From: Aquificaceae bacterium
GTDB lineage: Bacteria; Aquificota; Aquificia; Aquificales; Aquificaceae
Length of the DNA: 51,753 nucleotides
Assembly: GCA_041640635.1 (NCBI GenBank)
Contig: JBEPZX010000009.1
Location: 1 to 51,753 of the forward strand
Direction: 5' to 3'
Position 1 is the stretch's first letter; each line of letters begins with the position of its first letter. The notes beneath the pieces were generated by a model that saw only the letters and a program-made list of their open reading frames with translations, was not told the DNA's origin and ran no database searches. Shown piece by piece: positions 39,630 through 48,874 of the stretch. The position numbers and the translations under genes were made by a program.

Positions 39630-40974
39630 AATGAATCCTCCCAAGAAACTGCCTTAGGTATAATATCCCTAAAATCAAGGAAATTAGAGTAGATACAGCA
39701 AGTCCGTATCCGTAATAATAAGGTCCAAGCTGAACAGTGAGAATGGAGATCAATAAATTCAACAAAAAGTACACAAAGGAAAGAATAGCAGCTTTAATTC
39801 TTTTGTCAAAGTAGAATAGCAAGGCTAAAACTGCTACAAAACACACCTGAAGCGTTGTGCCTACTAACTGTATGCGGAAGAGAGGGATATACGTAAACGG
39901 AAGATTAAATAAAGAAAATAGGTCTTCGGCAAACTTTATTATCACTGCATTGAAGCCTATTTGAAAAATTAATGTGTATATGACTGTATCCTTTGCTAGT
40001 TCAGCCAGTTTTATAGCCTTTTCATATAGTTTTCCCAATCTACCCCCCTCTACTACCATTGAGTAGTACTCCTCATACTCTCTTGAGAAGTATCCTTCCA
40101 AAAGAATAGTCATTATAGCTATCGCTGGAGTTATGCTTAGGTATGCGAGGAATATAGGTATATCATAAACCACTGATGCGTAAAAAGGTCCTATTACTTT
40201 CTGTCCCGTTGATGAACTATACCAAAAAACAAATTTGTCTATCCACAGAGCAAGATTGTAAAAAAGCCCCGTAAATGCCAAAGAATAGAAGCTTTTCTTT
40301 CTAGATAGGAATTTAAACTCCACCAGTTTTTTGTGACTGTACTCTATTAAGATCCGGGAATACAACAGAACAAAGAGAACACTTTGACCAATTGTAAAGG
40401 ATAGTATAAGACCTTCCATACCTAAAAGCTTACCTAAGGGATAAGCAAGGATAAAAACCAAAGCATACGACACAGTAAAGGAAATAAGAGTCCACTTGTA
40501 GTTTTTAAGTCCAGACAGCAACGTGTTGAGAATCCAATTCATACCTGTAACTACTGAAGTGGACACAAATATCAGTGAAAAAGGAAAGTTCACATCTTGG
40601 AGAAAGATTAAAGAATATGTAAAGCTGAATATAAACAACAAGGATGAAGTAAGTATCAACACGCCGTTTAAATTCGGTACTACCTTTTCTATATCTTCCT
40701 CGAAGAGCCTATCCGCCACGTATCTAGTAAATAGGAGCTGATACATACCAGAAACTATAAGAGAGTAGGCTATTATATGAGTTATCACCACCTGAAACTG
40801 CCTAATAGAATCACCGAAAAATTTGTAGTAGATAAATCCTATGTAAATGATGCTTAATATAGATATTAGAACTGGACCAGAGCTAAGCATATAGGAATAT
40901 CCAAAAGCAGAAAAAATCCCTACCAGCTTGCCTTTAGAAATAAGCCTTCTCAGTTCAAACCCTATTCCCGCCAT
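39604..40974 (-). CDS. pelG: PelG inner-membrane transporter
   Basis: Characteristic start MAGIGFELRR; SSGP, TRYVADRLF, WIDKF and YDIPIFLAYL motifs. Confidence 0.93.
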   Translation of the reverse strand: MAGIGFELRRLISKGKLVGIFSAFGYSYMLSSGPVLISILSIIYIGFIYYKFFGDSIRQFQVVITHIIAYSLIVSGMYQLLFTRYVADRLFEEDIEKVVPNLNGVLILTSSLLFIFSFTYSLIFLQDVNFPFSLIFVSTSVVTGMNWILNTLLSGLKNYKWTLISFTVSYALVFILAYPLGKLLGMEGLILSFTIGQSVLFVLLYSRILIEYSHKKLVEFKFLSRKKSFYSLAFTGLFYNLALWIDKFVFWYSSSTGQKVIGPFYASVVYDIPIFLAYLSITPAIAIMTILLEGYFSREYEEYYSMVVEGGRLGKLYEKAIKLAELAKDTVIYTLIFQIGFNAVIIKFAEDLFSLFNLPFTYIPLFRIQLVGTTLQVCFVAVLALLFYFDKRIKAAILSFVYFLLNLLISILTVQLGPYYYGYGLAVSTLISLILGILYLRQFLGRIHYETFALRR

Positions 40975-42454
40975 ACATAAACCTCTTGTATACCTTTCTA
41001 TAATTATCGAGAAAAATCTCCAGGCTGTAAAACTTTTTAACTCTTTTAAGAGCAGCTTCTTGGCAGTTCTTCCACAATCTCTCGTCAGAAAGCAATTTAT
41101 AAAAAGCCATTCCAGCTTCATAAGGGTTACCAGGTGTAACCACTATACCAGCGTGTCCTATGCTTATATCTTCTTCGTTTAATCCACCCTCTATAAGCTC
41201 TCTGCATGCTCCCACATCTGTTGCAACAACAGGAACACCAGAAGCGAAAGCTTCGAGAATGGTCAATGGTAGACCTTCACTAATTGAAGTGAGTGCACAA
41301 ACACCAATTTGAGGAAATATGTCTTTGACGTTTTGGAAACCCAAAAACTTAACTTTATCCCATACGCCTATACTCTTTGCGAGTGCTTTGCAAGATTGTG
41401 TGTACTCTGGATCTTCATCCTCTTCGCCAACGATCCAACACTCAGCATCGGGCATAAGTTCCAAAAATACTTTGCAAGCCATTATATAGGTTCTCACATC
41501 CTTTATGGATACCACCCTTCCTATAAGGGCAACCACCTTAGGAATACTTTGTGGACGGCTTAGTAAACATTTTTCAAAAGCCTTGATATCTACTCCATTA
41601 GGTAAAATGTCCGTTTTTTCTTTCTTTGCACCGAGATCTATTTGAACTCTTTGTGCGCCTCTGAATAGAGAAAGTATTAAATCCGCTTGATCGTATACCA
41701 AGATATTTATACCAAAAAAGAAATTACTCCATAGCCTTTTCAAATAGCTCTCTTCCCACCTAGAAGCGTTGAGACCTTTATAATCTTTAATCCAGTGAGC
41801 CATAGAGATGTCCAGCTTCCTTTCCTTTACGTAAATACCATGCTCGTGAATTATAAAGGGCTTACCAGTTTTCGATTTTAGAAATACACCCAACAACCCT
41901 GCATATCCCGTAGAAGGACTGTGAATTATGGTAAAGTTATCCTCCACCTGCTGTGCTATTTTGTGAACACGCCAGATGGGTATGTGCATATTCCTGTGCG
42001 TCCAAAAATAATCCACAAAGGGAATGTTGTCAGCATTCTTAAAATACTCCTCCGTAATGAAAGCCCATGATTCTTCCGAATACAAAAAATCTTCCAATTT
42101 TACTCTTTTCAACAGTTCGTATATCCTTTCGACAGTGTACTTCTTTGTTTCATCTTTTGTTTTAAACCACTTTACTAACTCTCTTATTTCCCTTATATTT
42201 TCATCCCCCATACGTCTTCTGCGAGGTGTAGGTAAGTCTTCCTTTTCAAAAAGAAAATGAGTTTCTATAAAAAGGACGTTTTCTGGTATCTTGTACTTCA
42301 TATCCCCGTACATTTCTTTGAATGCTCCGATAAAGATTACACCAAAAGTAAACTCTTTGAGTCCATTAACCAAAGTGTGTACCCATGAAGACACACCACC
42401 ACCTATATAGGGATAAGTACCTTCACAAAGAAGCAAGACATCAGCCTTTTTCAT
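40955..42454 (-). CDS. pelF: PelF GT4 glycosyltransferase
   Basis: EGTYPYIGGGVSSW, STGYAG, EHGIY..ER, GRVVSIKDV and SISEGLPL..LEA motifs. Confidence 0.93.
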   Translation of the reverse strand: MKKADVLLLCEGTYPYIGGGVSSWVHTLVNGLKEFTFGVIFIGAFKEMYGDMKYKIPENVLFIETHFLFEKEDLPTPRRRRMGDENIREIRELVKWFKTKDETKKYTVERIYELLKRVKLEDFLYSEESWAFITEEYFKNADNIPFVDYFWTHRNMHIPIWRVHKIAQQVEDNFTIIHSPSTGYAGLLGVFLKSKTGKPFIIHEHGIYVKERKLDISMAHWIKDYKGLNASRWEESYLKRLWSNFFFGINILVYDQADLILSLFRGAQRVQIDLGAKKEKTDILPNGVDIKAFEKCLLSRPQSIPKVVALIGRVVSIKDVRTYIMACKVFLELMPDAECWIVGEEDEDPEYTQSCKALAKSIGVWDKVKFLGFQNVKDIFPQIGVCALTSISEGLPLTILEAFASGVPVVATDVGACRELIEGGLNEEDISIGHAGIVVTPGNPYEAGMAFYKLLSDERLWKNCQEAALKRVKKFYSLEIFLDNYRKVYKRFMYGGNRV

Positions 42455-43406
42455 TTACCCATACCTTCACTATCGGAAGTTTGTCGGTATATGAGATCCT
42501 GTTTATGAGCTCTCTAAATATCTTTTTTATTTCATTGTATTTCTTTAATCTAAAGAGCGATTCACAAAGTTCTACAGCGTTATCAAAATTAGGGTTGTAT
42601 CTGTAAACCTCATAAAGCAGTGTGGAAGCCTTTTCCATATCACCCAAAGATTTGTAGATTTTACCCATTAGTAGGATAATCTCTCCTCTGTTACCTAACT
42701 TAGAGTGAGCTTTTTCGACAGTATCAAGAGCTTTTTTAATGTAGAAATTCTTTAGTTCAGGTATTACCAAACCGGAACTTACAAAATCATAATAGGTTTG
42801 CGCCAATTTAACTAGTATATTAGGATCCTCATTTTCCTTAATTCGTTGTTCTAGAGCGTTTATTCTATCTTGGTAGACCTTCTCCAAAGAGCCTAGAAAA
42901 GAGTAAGCATATAGTCTACTATCATCGGGTTCATTTAAGAACCTGTAAACGAAGGGCAAGGTCTCTATACTGCTTGTTATTATCTTTAGAGCTAGTAGTT
43001 TTTCATCTACTGCCGTATTTCCTTTGTATACTATCTTTTTAACTTTCCCTTCACCCCATTTAGGACTACTTATCGTTTCTGTATCCAAAAGCAAGTCTAA
43101 ATCTATCAGTTCGTACTTGTAGGAGGTCTGTTTTTTAGATACCCTTAACAAAAAGTATGCTATAAATAAAACTATCAGTATTCCTATTGTTCCTAGATAA
43201 AAGGATATGAAAAAGAAAAGTAGTAGAGATTTTTTATCCTTTTTGTCCTTGGGTATACCAATATAGGCGGTATATGCAGATATAGCTGACGGTACAGTGT
43301 GGATTAGGTAGTAGATTACTATCTTGTACTCAGTTAGCATAGACAGAGCGCTTATCAACGCCAAGCTTTCAAATAAAAAAATGTACACGATTGTTTTACT
43401 ATTCAT
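42441..43406 (-). CDS. pelE: PelE-like membrane/TPR protein
   Basis: N-terminal TMs, DDSRLYAY motif, TPR-like C-terminus; sits between pelD and pelF. Confidence 0.75.
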   Translation of the reverse strand: MNSKTIVYIFLFESLALISALSMLTEYKIVIYYLIHTVPSAISAYTAYIGIPKDKKDKKSLLLFFFISFYLGTIGILIVLFIAYFLLRVSKKQTSYKYELIDLDLLLDTETISSPKWGEGKVKKIVYKGNTAVDEKLLALKIITSSIETLPFVYRFLNEPDDSRLYAYSFLGSLEKVYQDRINALEQRIKENEDPNILVKLAQTYYDFVSSGLVIPELKNFYIKKALDTVEKAHSKLGNRGEIILLMGKIYKSLGDMEKASTLLYEVYRYNPNFDNAVELCESLFRLKKYNEIKKIFRELINRISYTDKLPIVKVWVNEKG

Positions 43407-44634
43407 AACTTTCTATCAAACCCCTCAGTTTCTCAGCATCAGCAGTAATCGGCACCATCTTAAAATCCAAGTTTTTTTCTACATTTATAGTCCAGTCTTT
43501 CTTTAACAGATTCTTTATCTTTTCTATGTAAGATTGAGCTTGATTAATATCCGTTAAGCTTAATAGGACAACCATCCTATCTCTATAAATGAATATAGCA
43601 TCCAGCGAACGCGTGTATTTTTGTATATAGGAGTATAGCTCTTTAGAGAAATCATTGGGCAAATCTATACATCTTATGATTACCATTGTACTGTTTATAT
43701 CGTACTTTTTCTTTAGGTTTATACACAACTCTAGATCCTTGTTAAATTCTTCGCCAAATTCTGGGATTATCAAATTGGAGTGACCATAAACGTAACGGTA
43801 AAAATACGAAAGGACTATTCCTATCAGTTGTAGGTTTTCTAAGTTGTAGGATCTAAACTCCATTTGCTGAATTGTAAGAAACATTTTTGCATCGCCGTCT
43901 TTGTCTACAACCGGTATGCATGCAAGAAAACCAGCTGTCTCCAAATTTATGTCCGCAGCTTTTATTATGGAATTAAACCTGAGCTTTTGTATGATATCCT
44001 GCCATATAGAATTTGGTAATTCTCCGTAATTCTCCGTACAGAATATTCTCTCGTAATGCCCTCTGCGATTTTTGGCGTATATAGCAAAAGACCTTACCTC
44101 AAACTCGTTAAAGAGAACACTTTCCAGCATTTTGTATAGAGCATTAATATCTTTGTTTTCTTTCTGTGACATTTCCATGTATTTTCTTTTAAGCTCTTCT
44201 AGGATCTCCCTTATAGACATGTTCATCATATACCTTTTAAAAGTCTGTTCGTACGCTACCTTAAGTAAGTAAAAATTCTTGAGAATCTCATCTAGCTTCT
44301 CTTGAAGGTAACTGTTCGTTTCCTTTAACAGAGTAACGTTTTTATTGTTAAGCAAATAAAAAAGGAAAGATAAACTTCCAAATACGATTAAGGTATAAAT
44401 ATCCTCTAATTCTGGAGGTGTTTTGTAAAATGCAAAATAAGCCACAGAGTATTCTACGATACCTAAGGCTACTGCTAAAGTCCCACTGTAAAGTATAAGA
44501 GTTATGTAAACAGCCAAATATATATTAGGCTGAATGTTCATAAAAAATGCTTCCTTACCGAAAAGAAGATGCAACAGAGCTAATGTCAAGAAGTATAGCG
44601 CTGCTATTTCAAAAGATAGGACAAGTTTATTCAT
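43399..44634 (-). CDS. pelD: PelD-like c-di-GMP receptor (TM + GAF + degenerate GGDEF)
   Basis: About four TMs, coiled coil, GAF-like segment, RxxD I-site (TRSLD) and no GGDEF motif. Confidence 0.78.
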   Translation of the reverse strand: MNKLVLSFEIAALYFLTLALLHLLFGKEAFFMNIQPNIYLAVYITLILYSGTLAVALGIVEYSVAYFAFYKTPPELEDIYTLIVFGSLSFLFYLLNNKNVTLLKETNSYLQEKLDEILKNFYLLKVAYEQTFKRYMMNMSIREILEELKRKYMEMSQKENKDINALYKMLESVLFNEFEVRSFAIYAKNRRGHYERIFCTENYGELPNSIWQDIIQKLRFNSIIKAADINLETAGFLACIPVVDKDGDAKMFLTIQQMEFRSYNLENLQLIGIVLSYFYRYVYGHSNLIIPEFGEEFNKDLELCINLKKKYDINSTMVIIRCIDLPNDFSKELYSYIQKYTRSLDAIFIYRDRMVVLLSLTDINQAQSYIEKIKNLLKKDWTINVEKNLDFKMVPITADAEKLRGLIESYE

Positions 44635-45103
44635 TAAGTATACTGGATATGAGTCTTTGGGCTACAACACCCAATGACTCATAGGACCATCCGCTCCTAG
44701 AAAGCGCAGCGGAATATACAGTTTCCATAGTTTTTGCATCTATAAACTTTATGGTTAAACTTACCGCAGGTTCCCCATCTATCCCCGTTTTGTATCTCCA
44801 TTCGTTTACGTATCCCGTTACTATAATATCTGTACCTGCAGGGACTTTTTTGATGAGGTCTGCCAGTTCCTTTTCTGACGTTATTTCTTCGCTATCGAAC
44901 AGATTTACCTTATAGCCTTTTGAGCCGATAACACCAGCAACTATGGATTGAGCTCTCAAACCTGCCTTTGGTGTTTCTGTGTAGTTTACAAAGGGTAAGA
45001 CCGTATAGGTTAGGTTTTTATTTAAAGTAGCTTTTTGCTTTGTAACTACACTTGCGCAGGATGCAAACAGAAATACGAATAAAACCGGTAAATACTTTAA
45101 CAT
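44627..45103 (-). CDS. pelC: PelC outer-membrane lipoprotein
   Basis: Lipobox FASC; LPFVNYTETPKAG and EWRYKTGIDGEPAV motifs; AGGAGG RBS. Confidence 0.92.
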   Translation of the reverse strand: MLKYLPVLFVFLFASCASVVTKQKATLNKNLTYTVLPFVNYTETPKAGLRAQSIVAGVIGSKGYKVNLFDSEEITSEKELADLIKKVPAGTDIIVTGYVNEWRYKTGIDGEPAVSLTIKFIDAKTMETVYSAALSRSGWSYESLGVVAQRLISSILNE

Positions 45104-45109
45104 GATAGA

Positions 45110-45150
45110 CCTCCTAAGTTAATTATACAAGTCTTGGCGTTCTCTATAAA
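45110..45150 (-). promoter_or_regulatory. pel operon sigma70 promoter and RBS
   Basis: TTTATA (45150-45145), 17 bp spacer, TATAAT (45127-45122); AGGAGG at 45115-45110. Confidence 0.6.
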
Positions 45151-45154
45151 ACAC

Positions 45155-46010
45155 AGGATAACGGTAAATTTCAACATCTTTTAGAGATACAGCGGGTTTA
45201 TAAGCTACTCAAACTCTTTCCATTCCTGAATTTCTGCATCAGGTATTTGGTGGATGGTTTCTTTTACCTTCGAGTCCAAAAGGGTTCTGTCTAAGCCGTC
45301 TCTGGAGCGGGCTCTATACCAATTAGGACCGCACTGGTAGTTTTAATTCGTTATACTAGTGGTATTATATAAAGTCTTCAAACTTGAAATCCCCACTAAA
45401 CTTTTTAACCGAGATCACCTTTACCTATTCCGGCGAGAAGGGTCATTTAGAACATCACCTTTTTGAATGTCCATCATTTGATTTTCTTCCCTTGTGTGTC
45501 TTTTAACCATAAACCTGTTGTATGAGTAGGCGATGCCTTTTATATGTGCATCTATTTGCAAACCCTCAAAGTATTAAGCTAAAGCCCTATAGGTTTACCA
45601 TTGTCAATAAGGTGTATCCATCTGGTTAAAAAGTTTTTAAGTCCTTCAAGGGGCTTGGTTTGCCATCGTGTATACGCTGGATTTAACACCTTAAAAATGC
45701 AGAGATTGTTTATCTATATCACTCTTCGTCAACTTCGTCAAACAAGTCCTTAAGTAACCATCTTCACATGAACCTTTAACATTTGCTTAAAATCAATTCT
45801 GATTTCCAATGTGCTCTTTAGGCTTTCAAAAACTATAAGTAGTCATAAAGCGGTTAGGGTATCTTGGTCACAGCTTGGCGTATCCAGAAGTGAGTTTCCC
45901 TTTTGTAACTTCTTTCGGTAAAGACACTGCATAATATCCGTTGATTTCCAAAGCTCAGACTCTTAGCTTCTGAATAAAAATTGTTGGAGTGTAAACAGTA
46001 TGCGCCTCAT
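45155..46010. pseudogene. Probable decayed gene or mobile-element remnant (identity unknown)
   Basis: About 0.9 kb with no ORF of 60 aa or more in an otherwise dense genome; short protein-like frames are broken by stops; part resembles 50885-51000. Confidence 0.35.
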
Positions 46011-46028
46011 CTTTTTAAATTTTAGAGG

Positions 46029-46490
46029 TTACAGTCCCAGGTAATCGAGCACTTGAAGAATGCGTATGAGGTGGTTTTCCCAGATGACTTCCAGCTCGTC
46101 CGTTACCGCTTTTTCTTGGTCCTCTGGACTAAGTGACTTAAAGCTCTCCGACTTTACTCCTCTTTCATGAAACAAAAGAGGCACAAAAAGCTTTCCTATG
46201 GCGTAAAACAGGAAGTTTAGTTGTTTATCAGACAGGTTAGGAAAACCATTAAAAGTTTTGTAGGTTTTTATACCTGCCCAGTTGGTCCAATATCTTATTT
46301 CATCATCCTTCACCCTGTGTTCCATGCCTCCTATGTACATGGAAACCAAAGCTCTAAGTAACCTTGGATCGTCAGTATTTGTTTCTTCTTTTAAATCCTG
46401 TAAGTCATGATCTAATATCTTGGGATAATCTCCCAAAAAGCGCTCTTTCCAAGATACATACCTGTTTAGTTCAGAAAAGGGATTTTTCAA
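46029..46490 (-). CDS. Hypothetical protein
   Basis: TTG start overlaps the upstream TGA, with a GAGGAG RBS; 153 aa, probably helical. Confidence 0.75.
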   Translation of the reverse strand: MKNPFSELNRYVSWKERFLGDYPKILDHDLQDLKEETNTDDPRLLRALVSMYIGGMEHRVKDDEIRYWTNWAGIKTYKTFNGFPNLSDKQLNFLFYAIGKLFVPLLFHERGVKSESFKSLSPEDQEKAVTDELEVIWENHLIRILQVLDYLGL

Positions 46491-47059
46491 CCTGTCTCCT
46501 CGGATCTTTCGTACTGAGGACAGTCCAAAGTTGCAGGGTCCACAGCCGGGATGCTTTCATCTACGGTGTTGTGGTATCCACACACAAAACACTCTATCTT
46601 TACTACGTAACCTTCGTAGGTGTGGCCTACATCCCATCCACAAAGTGGACATTCCCCTTCACCCGCTTTGGCTACATCCAAAAACCTGCTACCGTTCTTT
46701 ATCTGTGCTTGTATGTTTTTTACCCTCCTTATGGCCTCCTTTATTTCGTCACTGTTCCACTCGCTACCACAATCTAAACACCTGTATTCCGAGTAGCTTC
46801 CCTCTTGTAAGAGCTTAAGGACTCTGTTGGATCCGCAACGATCGTCTATACATATCTCTCCTATGAGCTTTCTTCCAAGTTTGTCCAATATGGAGTTAAA
46901 GGTTTCTTTGGTAAGTTTCATAGGTACGTCTTTAACCGAATACCCACAGCACAGACAAGTAGCCTCCACTCTAGGGTATGGCTCGTCGTATTCACACACT
47001 TGCAAGGCTACCCTTTTGCAGTAAGGGCAAAGCTCTAAGTGTGTTAAGCAAACGGCCAT
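46487..47059 (-). CDS. Cysteine-rich multi-zinc-ribbon hypothetical protein
   Basis: CPYC/CLCC, CIDDRC/CLDC and CPLC/CFVC pairs; GAGGAG RBS. Confidence 0.8.
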   Translation of the reverse strand: MAVCLTHLELCPYCKRVALQVCEYDEPYPRVEATCLCCGYSVKDVPMKLTKETFNSILDKLGRKLIGEICIDDRCGSNRVLKLLQEGSYSEYRCLDCGSEWNSDEIKEAIRRVKNIQAQIKNGSRFLDVAKAGEGECPLCGWDVGHTYEGYVVKIECFVCGYHNTVDESIPAVDPATLDCPQYERSEETG

Positions 47060-47071
47060 GTATCTCCTCCT

Positions 47072-47485
47072 CTAACTTAGTATATACCAAATGATGTCTT
47101 CGAGAGATGTGGAGTTGTTCACTTTAAAACCCTCTACTTGCAAATCACCAATTACAACCTTTTTAAGATCTTTTAGACTTTTCCAACCTTCCAAGATTAC
47201 CACGTCAAAGTCCTTAAAGTGTTCTTCTACAAAACTCAGAGGGTCGTCCTTTCTTTTTTCCCAGAGGGTGGTCTTGCCTTTAGAGATTATAGCCACCTTA
47301 TCCAAAACACTGAAAAGTCTGTCGGTGTCTGAGCCTTCTCTATCCGTCACCGCATGACCTTTTGGGTCGTGTTTTATATACCCTACTTTGTAACCTCTTT
47401 TTTGTAGCTCAGAGGCTACCTTTTCTATCAAAGTGGTTTTTCCACTGTTGTGGTATCCTACGAAGGAAACAACCTTAGGAGCCAT
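47072..47485 (-). CDS. mobB: Molybdopterin-guanine dinucleotide biosynthesis protein B
   Basis: GYHNSGKTT, YIKH, DREGSDT and ILEGWK motifs. Confidence 0.9.
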   Translation of the reverse strand: MAPKVVSFVGYHNSGKTTLIEKVASELQKRGYKVGYIKHDPKGHAVTDREGSDTDRLFSVLDKVAIISKGKTTLWEKRKDDPLSFVEEHFKDFDVVILEGWKSLKDLKKVVIGDLQVEGFKVNNSTSLEDIIWYILS

Positions 47486-48113
47486 GAGCCAGCTCCTTTA
47501 TTTTTTCCATGATTTTGTTTGCCGCTTCTCTGTAGCCTCTTGGGTTGTCTTCCAAGTGGTGTAAGTAAAAGGGTTTTCCTATGGTTACCTTTATGGTGTG
47601 CCCAGGCTTTGGGAAGTTTTTCCCTCTTGGCATCACCTTATCCGTTCCGTCTATGTAGACTGGCAGGAGCGGTTTGCCGGACTTTATAGCCAAGAGCCCT
47701 ACACCAAGCTTTGGCTTCAGGAACTCTCCAGGTGCCGCTCTGGTGCCTTCTGGGAATATGCCTACCTTGCAACCTTTGTGCAAAAGCTCCAAAGCTGTCT
47801 CCAAGGCTTGAGTATCTCCCGAACCTCTCCTTACAGGTATGGCTCCCATGTGTGGAAGAAACCATCCCAGCAGAGGAACATGGAAGAGCTCCTCTTTTGC
47901 CATAAACCTGAGGGGTTTCTTAAAGACGGCGTTCAAAACGGGTGGGTCCAGATGGCTCCTGTGATTGGAAGCCACTATACAAGCTTGATCAGGTATGTTT
48001 TCCAAACCGTAGGCTTTTATCCTAAAGACAGCCTTAAAGATAGTTTTTACCATAGGGCAAAAGGGAGACAAGAAGAGTTTACCAAAGGTGCTTACAGGAC
48101 AACCACCGGACAT
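47475..48113 (-). CDS. plsC: 1-acyl-sn-glycerol-3-phosphate acyltransferase
   Basis: NHRSHLD, MAKEEL and FPEGTR motifs. Confidence 0.9.
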   Translation of the reverse strand: MSGGCPVSTFGKLFLSPFCPMVKTIFKAVFRIKAYGLENIPDQACIVASNHRSHLDPPVLNAVFKKPLRFMAKEELFHVPLLGWFLPHMGAIPVRRGSGDTQALETALELLHKGCKVGIFPEGTRAAPGEFLKPKLGVGLLAIKSGKPLLPVYIDGTDKVMPRGKNFPKPGHTIKVTIGKPFYLHHLEDNPRGYREAANKIMEKIKELAHGS

Positions 48114-48874
48114 TTTACACTCCTGATTATGTGGAGAGAGTGCCTACCCATAGGTCTGACTTCTTGTTTGCTTCTTCTACTGATAACTACCAAGTTGCAG
48201 TTCTGATTGTTTATGTGTCTTGGGAGATCCTTTATAGGGTCGCCATCTATGAGTTTTAGCAGAACTTCACTTTTTCCGTGAAACACGTCGCCGTAGATGT
48301 GCATCGTTTCCTCTTCTTTGAGGCTCCTCAGTTGTTCGTATTCTTTCTGGCTCACCTTGTGCCTCATTCGCGATATAGAAAGAGCGTGCAGTAATTCTAT
48401 CCGTGCATCCCAAAGAGGTGCTAGTTTCTGGGAGAATTCAACCTGTCTTTTTGACCTTTCGGACATGTCTATGGGAACGCATATGTTCCTTATCTCCTGA
48501 CTGCAAGGGCTTTTGTAGATCCAGAGGCTTATACCATCCAAGGATTGTATTATTTTTTCATGCAAAGCCTTCCTGAGCAGTGATCTTCTGTATCTTAGAA
48601 ATATCCACTTAAAACCTAAACTGTTTATAAATTCCTCTATTGGTGTGTTTATGATCTCTAGGTTAAAGTCCTCAAAGTGCTCACTTATAAACTTTGTAGC
48701 GCTCTCTTGTACGCTTTCTCTACTGGAAAATATGTTACTTCCCCATAGGTAGAGAAAACTGGGTTTTTCCTTGACTTGGAGCTTATCGAATACTGATCTG
48801 ACATACTTGAGAAATTCCCTGTCCTCTTCACCCAAACTTATGTGGACAGCCGGCTTCTCTATAACTAAACTCAT
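48092..48874 (-). CDS. Universal stress protein (degenerate N-terminal domain + USP domain)
   Basis: NICVPIDMSERS, ELLH, GDP, NLVVI and IIRSVKCPVVVL motifs. Confidence 0.8.
   Translation of the reverse strand: MSLVIEKPAVHISLGEEDREFLKYVRSVFDKLQVKEKPSFLYLWGSNIFSSRESVQESATKFISEHFEDFNLEIINTPIEEFINSLGFKWIFLRYRRSLLRKALHEKIIQSLDGISLWIYKSPCSQEIRNICVPIDMSERSKRQVEFSQKLAPLWDARIELLHALSISRMRHKVSQKEYEQLRSLKEEETMHIYGDVFHGKSEVLLKLIDGDPIKDLPRHINNQNCNLVVISRRSKQEVRPMGRHSLHIIRSVKCPVVVL

Noticed and set aside
45630..45666. Minus-strand GGCAAAC…GGAC..AAAAC resembling a c-di-GMP-I riboswitch upstream of pel
   Set aside because: No GNRA loop or recognisable second stem, and it lies ~500 bp upstream of the predicted pel promoter. 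An Infernal scan would settle it.
47598..48206. 202-aa plus-strand ORF and the many other short shadow ORFs in the track
   Set aside because: They are antisense or out-of-frame overlaps of well-supported genes, with no motifs or RBS.
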